Assembly (NCBI GenBank): GCA_036172245.1
Contig: JAYWIR010000001.1
Coordinates: 6,138,001-6,202,000, forward strand
Direction of reading: 5' to 3'
Origin: Raillietiella orientalis
Taxonomy: Eukaryota
DNA length: 64,000 bases
The notes beneath the pieces are model-generated. The model did not search any database and had not been told where the DNA came from. It was given only the letters and a program-made list of their open reading frames with translations. How positions within the stretch are numbered: the first letter of the stretch is position 1; the number at the start of each line of letters is the position of its first letter. Both the position numbers and the translations under genes were made by a program. This document shows positions 33,001 to 45,491 of the stretch, one piece after another.

Positions 33001-36000
33001 GCTAAGGTCGGCCCGAGGTTCCCGACCCGAGCTGGCGCTCCTGAGCACCAGAAGACCGCAGCGAGGAGGTGGAGTCCGGAGCTTCCGAGGCGGCACGAAC
33101 GGCGGGAAGCGTCGGTCCTGCTGGCACTCCCACCGTGCTGCTTCCCATCGGCCAGTCACTGAGGATGACCGGACGCGAGCCAACTTTGTTCGGGGACAGC
33201 TAGGGTGCAGGTGACCGCTTACCTCCCCCCAAGGTCGCAAGGCGCTGAGGAGAGGCTGCCCCCCTGCGAAGATGGAACGTTGGAGCAGAGGGGGAACGAC
33301 AGCGTGGAGCCCAGACCACGGGGTGCCGCGGAAAACTCGCGAAAACTCCGGTTGACACTGTGGCCCGGGGCACCCACCGCGCCATCGAGTCCACCCAACC
33401 TCGCACTCCGCACGGTCGGCGTAATCAATCGCTCCCCCAACGCAACTCCTCTTTTTCGTTCCCTCCTTCACTCGCGCGAGTGGCACGCGGACCGACTCGC
33501 GCCGCGCCCTCCTCTGTCCCTGCGCGTTCGCGCGTCCGCGAGGGGCTGCCCGCCTGGCTGGCGAAGGAGGTCGCCACGGCGGGCACCGAGGTTAGCGGCT
33601 GCCATGCACTTTCCAGTGGGGCCCGCTCGCGAAAACGCGCCGCCGTCGCCACTGCTGCCATCGCGCGGCCGGCTCGGGGAGCGGCGGCCGCCGCGCTGAG
33701 CATGCTCGGGGCCTCCGTCCGCCTCGGTCGAGGGGAGAAGGCGCTGGCAGCGCCCGCGCCCGCGCTATAAATAGGACCTTCGAGTTGGGGCGGGTCGTCC
33801 TCCACCCACCCATTCACCTTGCACTCGCGTCCCGCTATGGCGCGTTCATTCGCTGGCTCGCGGCAACGGAATGACCGTGGATCCCAGAAGAACGCCCCGG
33901 GCTCCCCCCTCATCCTCCGCAGCCGCCCTGCTCTCGCGGACGTCTCCCGAATCCTCCCTCCTCCGGGGCGCGGAGGGCTGGAGGTTCCCCCTCCCCCTCC
34001 AGTGAAATCACTTGGCTTCTGCTGCGCAGTCCCTACGCATTTTGGCCCCCGGTCACCTCGGCGGTTTTTTCAGCCGCCGTCCCCAAAGGCGTCTTCCTCA
34101 AGCGTGAGCGCGTGGCGCAGCAGCACGAGGTGCGCCCAGGCGGAGTCACGAAACGGGCGTTCCTCGCCCTCGATGCGCACGGTCACGAAGGGCCTGTCGA
34201 ACTCTCCCCGGGACGCTCTCGCGCTGGCGCCGCACCGAATCTCGTCCACCCTTTTCGAGCGCTGTCGGTGGGTCCGGCGGAGTCCGCCGCTGCCGCGCGA
34301 CACGCCGTCTGAGCCCGCGCGCGCAGCAGCTCTTCGCCCGCGTTCCTCGCCGCGCGGTGCGGCCCCACGCCGCCAGCGCCACACCGCCTGTCGCGCCGAA
34401 GGCAGTGCCCGGCGCAAAGAGGTCCGGCCACAAGGATCCCCCCGTGTCAAGGGACGGCGGACTGCGCGAAAGGGCTCGAAGGCCGCGAGCAGGGCAACAA
34501 TCGCCCCGGAGGGCGCTCGGCCCGCGCCGCGGCGTTGCCCCGCAGGCCACGTCAACAATAAGAGCGGCGCGGATTGGCCGGCAGGCGCGTCTCCTTCCGC
34601 CCTTCCGGCTCCCCCGCCACCATTGTTGCGTTTCGCTCAGCTCCGCGGGCGGGTAGAGTTTCCCGGGTCTCGGCGCGAACGCCTAATGGATGAAGGGGAG
34701 GGAAAGTAGTGCGAGCGTACACACGCCTATCTACAGTTACACGTATCGGCTTTCGCAAACTCTTGTACGCACTCGCGGAATCCGCGCAAACGCAGCAACA
34801 GATGCGGCTGTTCGCCATGCGAGCGCGGAGGCAGGATGCTCGGCCACTTTTGCGGACCGTGGGATCCCCGCTAACGGCAGCCGCGACCCCGACATGGGCC
34901 CCTTTCGTTGCCCCTCGGCATCTGCGCAGGGGTGCTGCTGTCCTTCCCGACTTCCGTTCGGCGCAAGATGACGGATGCGCTGTCAATCCGTTAGCGCGGC
35001 AACTCGACGGACGCGGATCGTCCCCGCGCGTCCGCGAACGCGGAGCGCCGGCGGTCCTGCGCGTGCACCCCGCCCTCTGCAGCCGAAGGCGGAGCGCCAC
35101 CGCGTGGCCGCGGGAAAGCGCGCGGCCGTCGGGATGAAGACGAGGAGGGTCAGCGATGCTGGCCTCTTCCAGCCGTCGAGGAAGACGGGGCCGCGGGCTC
35201 CGCTGCCACGGGCGGTCGGACGCTTCGGGAGGGGGGGGGGGAGGGGAACTTCAGGGCGCGCGCGCGGAAGAAGCAGGCGGCAGAACATCTCCAAGGGGAC
35301 GTGGCCGTGCAAGCCGCCGAAGGCCTGAGCGAGATGACGGAACTAGTGCGTGGGCCTTGCCATGGCCTCGCCGCCATCTTTCTTTTTTATTATTATTATT
35401 ATTATTGTTTGTCTTTGCAAGGCAAAGAAAACGGCCCAAGAACTGCCATGCGGAAAGGACAGCAAGCCCTTGGTCGCCGAGTGGAGGTGAAGAAGATTCT
35501 ACTTCTTCACCTCCACTAACCGGGGCAGTGGGTGAGGGAAGAGATTCATTCTACTGGACTCGGAAGAGAAGTGGGGTACACGCGGAGAGAGGTCCAAGTG
35601 CATCATTCGTCTGCCGCCTTTCGGCGAAGGCGGGGACCACTAAGGGCGGAAGGCACGCAGCGGTCGAGAGGGTCGCCGTGGAAACGGAAGGATCCTACGA
35701 GGAGGGGGGTGCCCTCAAAAAGGCGGTCTTTGGATCGTTCTGATCGCGCAGGGAAAAAACACCCCCCCCCCCCTCCTCCACGAAAAGTGCCAGCCGATCC
35801 GCGCCGTGCTTGTTGATGTTGCCGGCGGCAACGCCGCGGCGCGGGCCGAGCGCCCTCTGGGGCGATTGTTGCCCTGCTGCCTCAGTGCCGAGCGCGCTTG
35901 CGCGGGCGGCCGTCGAACCCTTCCGCGCATCCGCACGCGCGTCAGCGGATATCGGGCGTCGCGCTCATGGCAGGGACTCGCGCTCATCTCAGCTTTGCTT

Positions 36001-37744
36001 CCTGCGCCTCCAGGACGTGCCGCGCCGAAGCCCGCGTTCTCTTCCGTTCCACCCATGCACGCCCGGACGCGGGCTTCTTCCGGGTTGCCCGCCGAGAGAA
36101 GCACCTCCCCCGCTCCTGCCCGGACGAAAACTCCGCCGTTCCGTGCACCGGCCCTGCAGAAGGACGCCGCCCGTGCTGCCGCATGTCGTGTTGGCGCGGG
36201 GAGCAGGGCGAGAGGAGGAATGCGCTCCCGTCGTTCCTTTCGGCGCACACCTTCCGGGGAGCGCGTCCCTCTGTCGCGCGTATCTGGGTCGTGACTGGGA
36301 GGGAGGGGGTGGTGTCCTCGTGGCTCCTGCGCCGCCGCTGATGCTGGTCTGCAAGAGCGGCCTTCCCAGCCAAGCCTTCCTACGGATTCTGGACGGCGTT
36401 TCTCCCGTTGTGTACGGAAAAAGCTGTGCGCGCGCCCGCGCAGACATGTCCAATCTCCCCCTCCTCCCTTCTTCTTCCTTCCTCCCCCACCCCCTCCTCC
36501 CTTCCTCCTCGTCACATGCGGTCCTTCACTGCGTGAGACGAAGCGCGCAACGAAGTGCGTGGCACACGATGCGAGCGCGCGCGGTTCGCGGCACGGTCGA
36601 GGACGTGGTGCGTTCTCAGGGACCGGCGGCGGGAAAATTCCGGATGGAGCCGGAAAGTCGAAGCGGCAGCAGAGCGCAGCATCACCTCGAAGCGACGACC
36701 CGAGAGGAGCGTTCGCCGGATCGGGTTACCGCGGAACTGCGGCTGGCGCTGGAACGCGCGGGGCACGGAGGAAGGGAGAGGAAAGGAAGAGGGAGGGGGA
36801 GGAAGGGAAAGGAAGAGGAGAAGAAGGAAAAAAAAGAAAAAAGGGGGGGAGGGCGGGGGGGGAGGGAAGGGAGACTGCAGGCGGTGTCCGGAGAGCGCGA
36901 AACTGCCACGAGGAGGGACGCGGGAACGCGGCGCCACCCCGCGGCCGCTTTCCCGCTGGCCGGGTGCCCTCCCCGGCAGCGGGCGGCCCCTCCGAGCGAC
37001 GTCCTCGGCGAGCGTCCGCTCGGGGCCGCCGCTGGCTCTCGCACAGAAGAGAAAAAATAGACCGCGGGAGGCGCCGTACTGCGCGGCGGCGGTGCTGCTG
37101 CGAGGCGCCTCTCGCCAGAGTGCGATGCGTCCCCGCGGAGGCGCGTCGACGGCGGGAGATGCGCGTCTCGACGCCGTGCCGCGCCCGCCGCCCGCAACAC
37201 GCAGCCGGCTGCCGAGAGCCGCCTAGCAGGAGCCACGCGCCGCTGGATGGAAGCCTCCTGGAAAGCCTCCTCGCTCCCAGGTAAGCGGGACCCTCTTGGA
37301 CCCCGGTTCCGCCCGGGAGATTGCTTGCGGTGGCGGGCGATGCCTCATCCTCCCTGTGGCCCCTCCTTCCCCTCGGTGCTCCTCCCTCCCTCCCTCTTCC
37401 TCCTTTTCCCCGGGAGGGCTCGCGAATGCCGCCGCCGCCGCGTTCCGGTCAGGTGGCGGTGCGACGAATGCAGTCTCGCGTCAAGGAAACGGCAGAGCCT
37501 GCCGCAGCAGCGGCGCCCGAGGAGGGCCGCCGCCGCTCCCGAGGTGGTGCGGGGAACCGGGAGTCCTCGTGGGATGCGCGAGCCGCCCGACGCTCCCGAG
37601 GATGCGTCCACGGGGTCAGTCGGACCCCCGCGGGGACTTGTTCCGTGAACCGCACTGCGAGCGCCACGAGGCGGCGGCGGCGGCGGCAGGAGTGCCAGAG
37701 CTGCCCGCGAGCACCCTAATCCTTCCTTTCCAGTTCGGGTCACC

Positions 37745-40236
37745 ATGGTCCTCCTGATCCTGTTGCTATGCGACCTGCTGTTCCTGATGAGGGGGCTGCC
37801 GAACGGTCCGCATCTCAGGCCGAGTCTCGCGGTAAGTTGCTTGGAAACGGGTGCTCCCTGGGTGCTCGAACCGGCACCCGGCTCCACGCCCTGCTGGTGC
37901 ACCCTTCTCTTCGCGTGCCTTGCAAACGCTTCGTGGGGAAGAGGCTGGGGAGCGTCCCCGTGGTGGCAGTCCACCGAGTCCCCTTGCAGTCGTCCACGTG
38001 AAGACGCGGCGCACTCGGCTCGAGGTGCGCACGCGTGCGCCCGTCGCGAGCACCCCAGTCGATCCCCTTCAGGGCGGGGGTTCCCTGCCGGCCTGCACAA
38101 TAACACAAAAAAACTCGCTGGGCGAAGATGAACCGGGCCGCGTGCGCCTCTCGGGGGCGGGATACGGGTGGCGGCTGAACCCGGCGAGGTGAGGGCCGGG
38201 CATGCAGTCCCTGCCCGGTGGGGGTGGTGAGGGCCTTGGTGGAACGCGCGAGCGCACACCAAACGTCGGGAAGCTCCCGCCGCTCGGGGGGCATCGAGCG
38301 GGCTGCGGTCGCTCGTGCGGTGCGAGATGCGCGCGCGCGGGGAACCCGAGAGAAGGGCGAAGCACCCGCGGAACCCGCGTGGCACCCGGAAAGCTCCAAG
38401 GAGATGCCGGGTGGCAGGTCCTCATCGCCTAGCACCGCTTCCGCCTCTCCGGTGCCCACCCTCCCCCCACCCGAGGAAACGGAAATCGCCGGCTTGCAGG
38501 AGGCAGCCAGCATGAAAGCGGAATCGTTCGTTTCCCATGACGACGACGGGACGCAACCTCGGTGACAGGAGTGACGTGGATGAGTCAACCTCATCGGTTC
38601 AACAGGAAGAGCCCCCCTCCTCCTCCTCCTCTTCGAATCTCCTCGTCTCGAAACCGTTCGCGCACGCACGCACGCACGGTAGGGCAGATCGTTTGGCTTC
38701 GAGCGGAGTTCCTTCCGTCAGCGCCCCGCGTGCACCAAACGCACGCGTTCCTCGGATCACCACGCGGGGAAGCAGGGGCTTCCGGAAACTGGGGGGGGGG
38801 AGGAACTCGTTCCGGGACACTCCCGCTGCATCCCCGCAAAGTCACGGGGCTAATTATAACCGGCGCGCACACGTCAGTCGCGCGCGCGCGGGAAGAGCGA
38901 AACGCACGCACGCCCTGAGCGTGCCGTTTGGCCACGCTTTCGCCCCCCTTCCCCGGTGCGTCTTCCCGGCTGCTTCCCTCGACTCGGAGCGAGCGCGTGC
39001 GGCGCGCTCGGCAGGGGTAGGGAGGTGGCGCGGCTGCCGCGTGTCCTCCCTGCTTGCGCAGCGGCGTCCGGCGCGTACGGGACGAACCGATGCGCTCTCC
39101 AGCTGACGGAGGGATTCCCGGGACGCGCCCCTGTGACCTTGCTCTTCTTCCTTAGATGAGAAACCTGGGGAAGAGCGCACGAAGGTAATACACGAATGGA
39201 TGGATTGCCCCCGCCCCTTTTCGAGCGGGGATCTGATGTTCGTAACGTTTGCAGCCTCCGGTTCCTAGACAACCTTGACCCAGAGTCCAACTCGTCGTCA
39301 GGTTACGTCCGCGAGCGCGTCGTGCACCTGCACGACGATGTCGACCGACCCGTCGTCATGGCGAGGCACGTGTACGAGCAGATGCGGAGGAGCCAACCGC
39401 CCCAAAGCGACCAGCCGACGGCTCACGCGGCCGCCGGACCCTGGAACGCGAAGAGCTGGCGGAGCCGCCACCAGGGTCCCCCCCAGCCCGTGGACGCCGA
39501 GGACCCAGTCGTCGCTGGTGGCGAGGGGCGTGCCGCGCCCAGGCACGGCGCCCACCACAGCGGATTCAAGAAGGTCCGCAGCAGACACAGATATTTCTCC
39601 AACACGCCCCCTCCCAACGCATCCGTGGACTACTACAGGAGGCCGCACGTCGGTCCGGGAGCCGCGGCCGGAGGCCAGCCCCCTCCCTCCGGCGCGGAGG
39701 TCGAGCGCGTGCAGGCGGTGGGGAGGGGGAACGCCCCGCCCCGCGGAACGCATCCCAACCTCAGGAACCACGTCGGCATCCCGATCCTGGGCAACCAGCC
39801 CCTGCACAAAATTCAAGTCTTCGATGAGGAGAACAAGATAATCAAGGAGATCGTGAACCGTCAGGAAGAGCGGGACCGCGAGGCGTCCGGGGCGAACCAC
39901 AGCGGGGCGAGGAGGCCGACCCCCAGCCCGAGGATGTCGCTGGAAAACTCCATGTACGCCGTGGTCATCGCGTCCATCCTGGGGATCCTGCTGCTGTGCT
40001 TCGCGTTCCTCCTGTTCTGCAGCCAGTGCCTGGGGAGGGAAAGGATGCCGAAGAAGGACGCAAGCCTCGAGGCTGCCGACATCCACGAAAGCAGCAAGAA
40101 AGACGGCCCCAAGTCTTGCCCTACCGATGCCACGCCGCGACCGAAGTGCGACTCGGGGACGGAAAGCAAAGCCGAGACACAGGAAGAGGGCTTCGCCAGG
40201 GGGGAGGGAGGGGGGCGGGGTGGGATCATCCAGTGA
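37745..40236 (+). CDS. Predicted type I single-pass membrane protein of unknown family (365 aa in this model)
   Basis: Exons 37745-37831 (cacc-ATG-G context; hydrophobic leader MVLLILLLCDLLFLMRG; donor gtaagt), 39156-39184 (ttccttag acceptor, gtaata donor) and 39255-40236 (tttgcag acceptor). Phases 0 and 2 are compatible. Third positions are GC-rich. TM helix MYAVVIASILGILLLCFAFLLFC is followed by a basic stretch (RERMPKK). A likely 5' UTR intron runs 37281-37733. Confidence 0.65.
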
Positions 40237-40561
40237 GACGGAACTTTCGGAACCGCGGAAAGCGAGTGCAGCTCAAAACCCACGAAGGATTCGAATCTCG
40301 CAAGAGAGAGAGAGAGAGAGGAAAAAAAAGATCTGGAATAAAAAAAAAAAACGGAAAAATATATTTTTGTATTTTCAGAGATGCTCGTTTTATCGCAATC
40401 GGCCGTTTCGAATCGACTAAGTTCTCCCCCCCCCCCCATCCCGGCGAAGACGTGCCCACCACACCCGACTCCTCTTCGTAGAGGTCTTTCGATCTTTCCT
40501 AGCCGATTGCGCCTTCGCCCGAGCGAAGCGGAACGATCCGTCCTCCCGAAGAATCGAAACG

Positions 40562-40563
<2 letters not shown>

Positions 40564-40605
<42 letters not shown>
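40564..40605. repeat. (AC)n microsatellite
   Basis: About 21 units. Confidence 0.95.
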
Positions 40606-40608
<3 letters not shown>

Positions 40609-42154
40609 TTTTGCAAGAAGCGCGCCACACAGAAAAGGGGTGAGAGCCAAAACAAAAAATCTCCGTGGATTCGCGGAACTTCTAGGCCTCGCGCTAATTT
40701 ATGCCTACGTCACGAGGAGTTCGCGCAAAACATGGCTACCAGGTCCTACGCGATGCCAAGTTTCGCAAAACACGAACGGGCGCAGACAACTTTAGACGAA
40801 ACGTTCCCGCCACATCCAAAAATATCCAAAGCTTTCGAAATTGCGAAAATCCCTCACGCTTCGCAGAAAACATGCGATTCTTATGAAACGTTTTTTTTTT
40901 TTCTTATTCCTCAAAGCCAGGTTTCCCTGGTTTGCACGCTTTCGGGAAATCACGTCGCGCGTCACGCCAAACCCACCATGCTCGGGAATCGATCCCAATA
41001 ATTTCATCAGCTGATACGTTTCCTGATAAGAATGGGTATGCCCATCTTTCCAGGATAAGCAGCATAAGCAGATCAAGTGCACACATCATTTGTATCACGT
41101 CTCTCTTGCTTCACGGACGGTCAACGTATTGTGTTAACGCACGCGATCGTTCCAATTATTTTCTTCCGATTACTCCTCAACCAATGAGGATTGCTCCATG
41201 TGAGCAGCTAAACAAAAACCTCAACTTTTCTCTTCGACAGCCGCTTCCCGTTTCCTGATTTCGAAGATCACTTCCCCTCCCCCCCTCTTCCCCTCCCCTT
41301 TGAGTTCATTTCGTGTATTTCTGTATAAACATCCAAATTTATGTCTCCGTATCTTTCAACCTGTTTTCAACACTTGTTGAAATCGCGTCTGTTCGTACCG
41401 CTAGCCGTCCTTCGTCCGCGATGTTCCACGAAAGTCGAATTTGCGAAGACTGTGGAAGCGCCTTCAACGCGGCAGCTAACGGGCCGCAGAACATTCCAAG
41501 ATGGCCCCGAAGGCTTGCTCCTGGGAGGAAACACGTGGGAAGCGCAGCCGAACATTCTCTCGCTCTTCCTTACACGGGACGAGCGTTCCATTTCCTTCGA
41601 GATGAAAAGTGAAATCGCCTTCTTGAGATGGGGCAGGGGGCTCTTAGGCCCTCTGCACGAGGTACGCGCACTCCGTGCGGGGTGTTTGGAATCTTTCTCT
41701 TCTTCGTTGTTGTTTTCCCGACGGTTCCTCGTCCAGTGACCAACCATTTCGGCACGGCAAAAAGGAATTCCCCTGCCTTCCCTCCCCTCCGTTCGTGCTC
41801 CCCCCACCCGGAGCCACGCCTTCTGACTTTGGATGTTATCTGGGGGCTTTCATCTCCATCCGCGAACGGATGCGAGGACCAAAGATCCCAATCAAGTGAA
41901 TCCTCCCAAGACACAACTTCTCGTGTGGCAAGTTGCCTTCTCAGACAACTGGGAAGAGTTTCGAGGGCACGCCGGTGGAAAAAAAGTGACCGTTGAGATA
42001 CTTTCTAGCGTTTCCGCCCCTATCGGAGGAGTTTGGAAACCAATCGAACCTCGGAATGAAGGAAGGACAAGAACAATAAAAGATGGGAACTGTCGTTCTT
42101 CAGCCGAATTTATTTCTTATTCAAACGGAACCCATGCCTTCGCCCCTTTTCCTC

Positions 42155-42826
42155 AGTGGCAGAGGTCGGCACTTCTGCCGTTTCACCGGGGTCTTCCCTG
42201 CAACTCCCGCCGACACCACTGGACGCTGGGGAGGGAGAGCCCGGACTGTCGCAGGTGCGGGGAACGCGAAATCCCCCCTCGCGCACTGCGTTGCTCTCCG
42301 GTCCCTATGAGAGCGTTTAGGGGCGACCATCCGGAACCTGATTGGCACACCCCCAGGGATGTTTCACGGCTCCTCTTCGTGAGGGACGCCCTTCCGCCAG
42401 CGACAGCCCCAGCAGCTCTTCGCTGCATCCGCGGGATTGCGGCGGCCTGGAGCGACGCCGACGGACGAGGAAGAAACGCGAAGCACGCCGTCCAGTTGGC
42501 AGGTCGTCTCCTGCGGATGGCGGCCATGGCTCTACCTGGGACCTACTCGGACGGACCTAGCCAGCATCCCGGAAAGGATGCAGACTCCTCCAGTGAACAG
42601 TGATCTCCTCCCGGCCCGCCAGATTGTTCCTGTTTATCTTTATTTATTCTTTTATTTTTTTTTCCTTTTGTTTTGTCCCTCCGCTGCCGAGGTGACTCCA
42701 TCCGGTCTGCGTACCGGCGACCCGGCAGATCCATTGAAGAATCGGGTGGGGTGGGGGTGGGGGTGCCCGCCTCATCACGAAAGTTGCCGGTTTCAGTAAA
42801 CGCCCCGGCGTGACCGGGTGCCGGCT
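42155..42826 (+). mobile_element. 5'-truncated family A LINE 3' end
   Basis: WQRSALLPFHRGLPCNSRRHHWTLGRESPDCRRCGERE...RLLFVRDALPP; terminal GTAAACGCCCCGGCGTGACCGGGTG; exact 12-bp TSD CCCCTTTTCCTC at 42143-42154 and 42827-42838. Confidence 0.9.
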
Positions 42827-43998
42827 CCCCTTTTCCTCCTCCAAGTGAACCAACAGGCGCAAGGGGCCGAAAAAGAAAAAACACCCGCCGTCGATGAGAT
42901 CACGCGTTCGTTCCTTCGATGGTCCCCCGCGAACAGAGGAAAAAAACATCGACGGCAGCTGCGGCCTGCAGACGAATGGAAGAGGCGCCTCCGCGGGAGG
43001 GGAGGGAACGCAAAACCGAATTACCGCTCCCCCTCCCCCCAAGGGTCAGGCGGGTCAACGCATTTTTCTTTCGCTGGGCATCTTCTCAAAGAAATGCGAC
43101 CGAAGCAACAAAGATAGGCCGAAAGCGAAGTGCTGCGTGACGTCACGTTGAAGCACGGCTTCCCAGCTTCCCTAAAGAGGGCATGGTCCAGAGCGCCTTC
43201 CCTCGCGTGGAAGCATCGCACGTTCCGGATGGCGTGCGATGGAAACTTCGCGCCCTCCGGAATGGCTGGCAGTCGGCGAAGTCGCCCAGGTGAGACGTCA
43301 GGTCGAAGATTTCCCCCCTTCCCTTTTTCGAACTCCTCGTTCTTTGGAGATCGGGTCAGTCGGCGGCGGCGTTCCGTTGCTTCAGCGTCCGCAGCGTCCG
43401 GAGGTCGCAGAGGACTTCCGCTCTCCCCGGCAGCCGAAGAGTCCCGGCGCCGAGCGTCGGTCTCTTCCACCTCCTCCACGGGAGCGGCTCCGCGCGCGTC
43501 GTCGAGCCGGTGCGCACCTTACGCGGCAGGCTCGTGCGATTCGTGGGTCTCAACGGGAAACAGTAGGTCGGCTGGCTGCTGTTTTTCACGCACTCTGGGC
43601 GAAACGCGCGCGCGAAGGACGCGCGGCGTTCGCTGCGGTCGTTCGGTCCTCCCACCGCCGGGCGGGGGCCACCGCGAACTCCCCACGGTGTCTCTCCTTC
43701 CCTTTCCGTGAGCTCTCCTGAAATCGGCTCTGTCCGACCTCGGGATGTCAGCACGGCTCTCAGACCCGCGCTGGTCTGAGAGTAGGCAGTTCCCTCGACG
43801 CTCTCTCTCCCCTCCTTTCCACGGGATGTCGCCGTGCTGTGCATCCGCAGCCACTCGACGGGACGGCACGCGTTCGCGAAGAGGTCGCTTCCTCGCGAGC
43901 ACACAGAAAGCACGCGCTACTTTTCCGGATCGCGCGATCTCCGCGTGCGGATTCGCACGCGTGAAGCTCGCGTGCGCCGGCGCTGCGTTCCCGTTGGT

Positions 43999-44794
43999 TT
44001 ATCGCCCGCCCACGCCGGGACGTTTATTATGAAGATAGTAAGCATGCATGTGTAGGGCCATCGGCCCTATATTGTGCGAAAATGCTCGGAGCCCGCCGGG
44101 CAACCGGCACGCGGGTCGGCGAGGTTCGACTCGGCAGCGGGGGGGAAGGCGCAAACGAAATCAAAAATCAAAAACAATCAATAATAAAGGAAAACTCTGG
44201 GGGGGGGGAGCAGATTGCTGTCCGCCGGAGGGCACTCTCCGCATCCTTCCCAGGATGCCGGCAAGCCCCGCCCGAGCTATGCCCCGGGTGGGGCCTAGCT
44301 CTTTGCTGCCGTCCGCAGGAAGCGTAGGGCGAAGCAGATGGCGTCTTCCTCTCGCGCAGCTCCAGACCTGCCCAATCCTGTGCGGGCAGCAAAGAGCTGC
44401 TGGGGGTGCGGCAGGCGAAAGGGCGTCGTGCACGAAGAGGCGCCTCGTCACGTCGGCTGGGATTGTCCATGGGTGCACCGAGGGCCGTTGCGCAGCGCAA
44501 CCAATGGGGCCGGAGGGCAACACAGTCTGCGAGCAGGTGCGGGAGCTGGGATTCCCGCACCCCCCGCAGCTGCAGCAGTTGGGGCCCACGGTCCCCCGGG
44601 TCCAGTGAGAGCGGCGGGAGTTGCACGGGAGACCCCAGTGTAACAGCAGAAGTGCCTCCCTACTGCTGCCACTCCAGGGGGAGACCCCAGTTATTCTTCA
44701 GCTCCGTGGACCACTCGAGGTCTTCCTGCGGGATTCCCAGCAAGTCACCCCAGTATTTCGGTGGGGCACTTGGGGTCGCGGCGTCCGTGAGCTG
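43999..44794 (-). mobile_element. 5'-truncated family A LINE 3' end
   Basis: QLTDAATP...WGDLLGIPQEDLEW; terminal motif at 44004-44028; TSD GCGTT(C/T)CCGTTGGT at 43985-43998 and 44795-44808 (13/14). Confidence 0.88.
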
Positions 44795-45491
44795 GCGTTT
44801 CCGTTGGTGGGAACTAGACCGGACTCCCTGGACCGGCGGCGACTTTCCTCCCTCCCTCGTCGGCCGCGGAGTGCGCGCGGATCGCGAGAGGGGGAAAAAA
44901 CACAAAATAAAATAAAATAAAATTTCCACCTCGGTCGATACCACTCGACGGCTCCGGACGAAAGCCGCCTCTGCAGTTACCCAGCAACCCGCCGCGACAA
45001 AGCGAAGCGGCCAGCGCGCCGTCCGGCAGCGCGGTTCTCTCTGAGGAAACGGCTGCCGGGGAGCACGCGCGGTGGCGCCATCCTGGCAGCTGTCCGAATC
45101 TTCGCCCGAAGCCGTAGCTTTTTTTTGTTGTTGTTGTTGTCCTTCTTCCGGAGGAGATGGGGGGTGGGGAGGTGCTTCTTCTCGAACCGTAGTCCGGAGG
45201 CTGCGGCAAGGCGCGCCTCCGTACTGCGTCTGCCCTTCCCCGCACACGCACGGGCCTGTCGTGCGTGAAACCGGGATAAACGGCTTTAAGGCATCGGGGA
45301 TTTCGCACTCGCACGACTGCTCGTTTGCTCACGTTGCCGTGCGACTTCCGTCGTCGGTCGGTGCTGAGGGAGAAGGTTTGTCGGCGTGATCCCAGGAGGG
45401 AGGGGGACCTTTCGCTCCCGCTTGCCCCATTCTTTTCACAGGGAGGCTCAGCTGCGGATTCGAAAGCGTGGCACGGGGGAGCGGCCGTCAC

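Noticed and set aside
6853..44028. CRISPR-like reading of the recurring ~25-bp hairpin motif
   Set aside because: Copies are dispersed on both strands at irregular kilobase spacing, each tied to a retroelement 3' end, in eukaryotic DNA.
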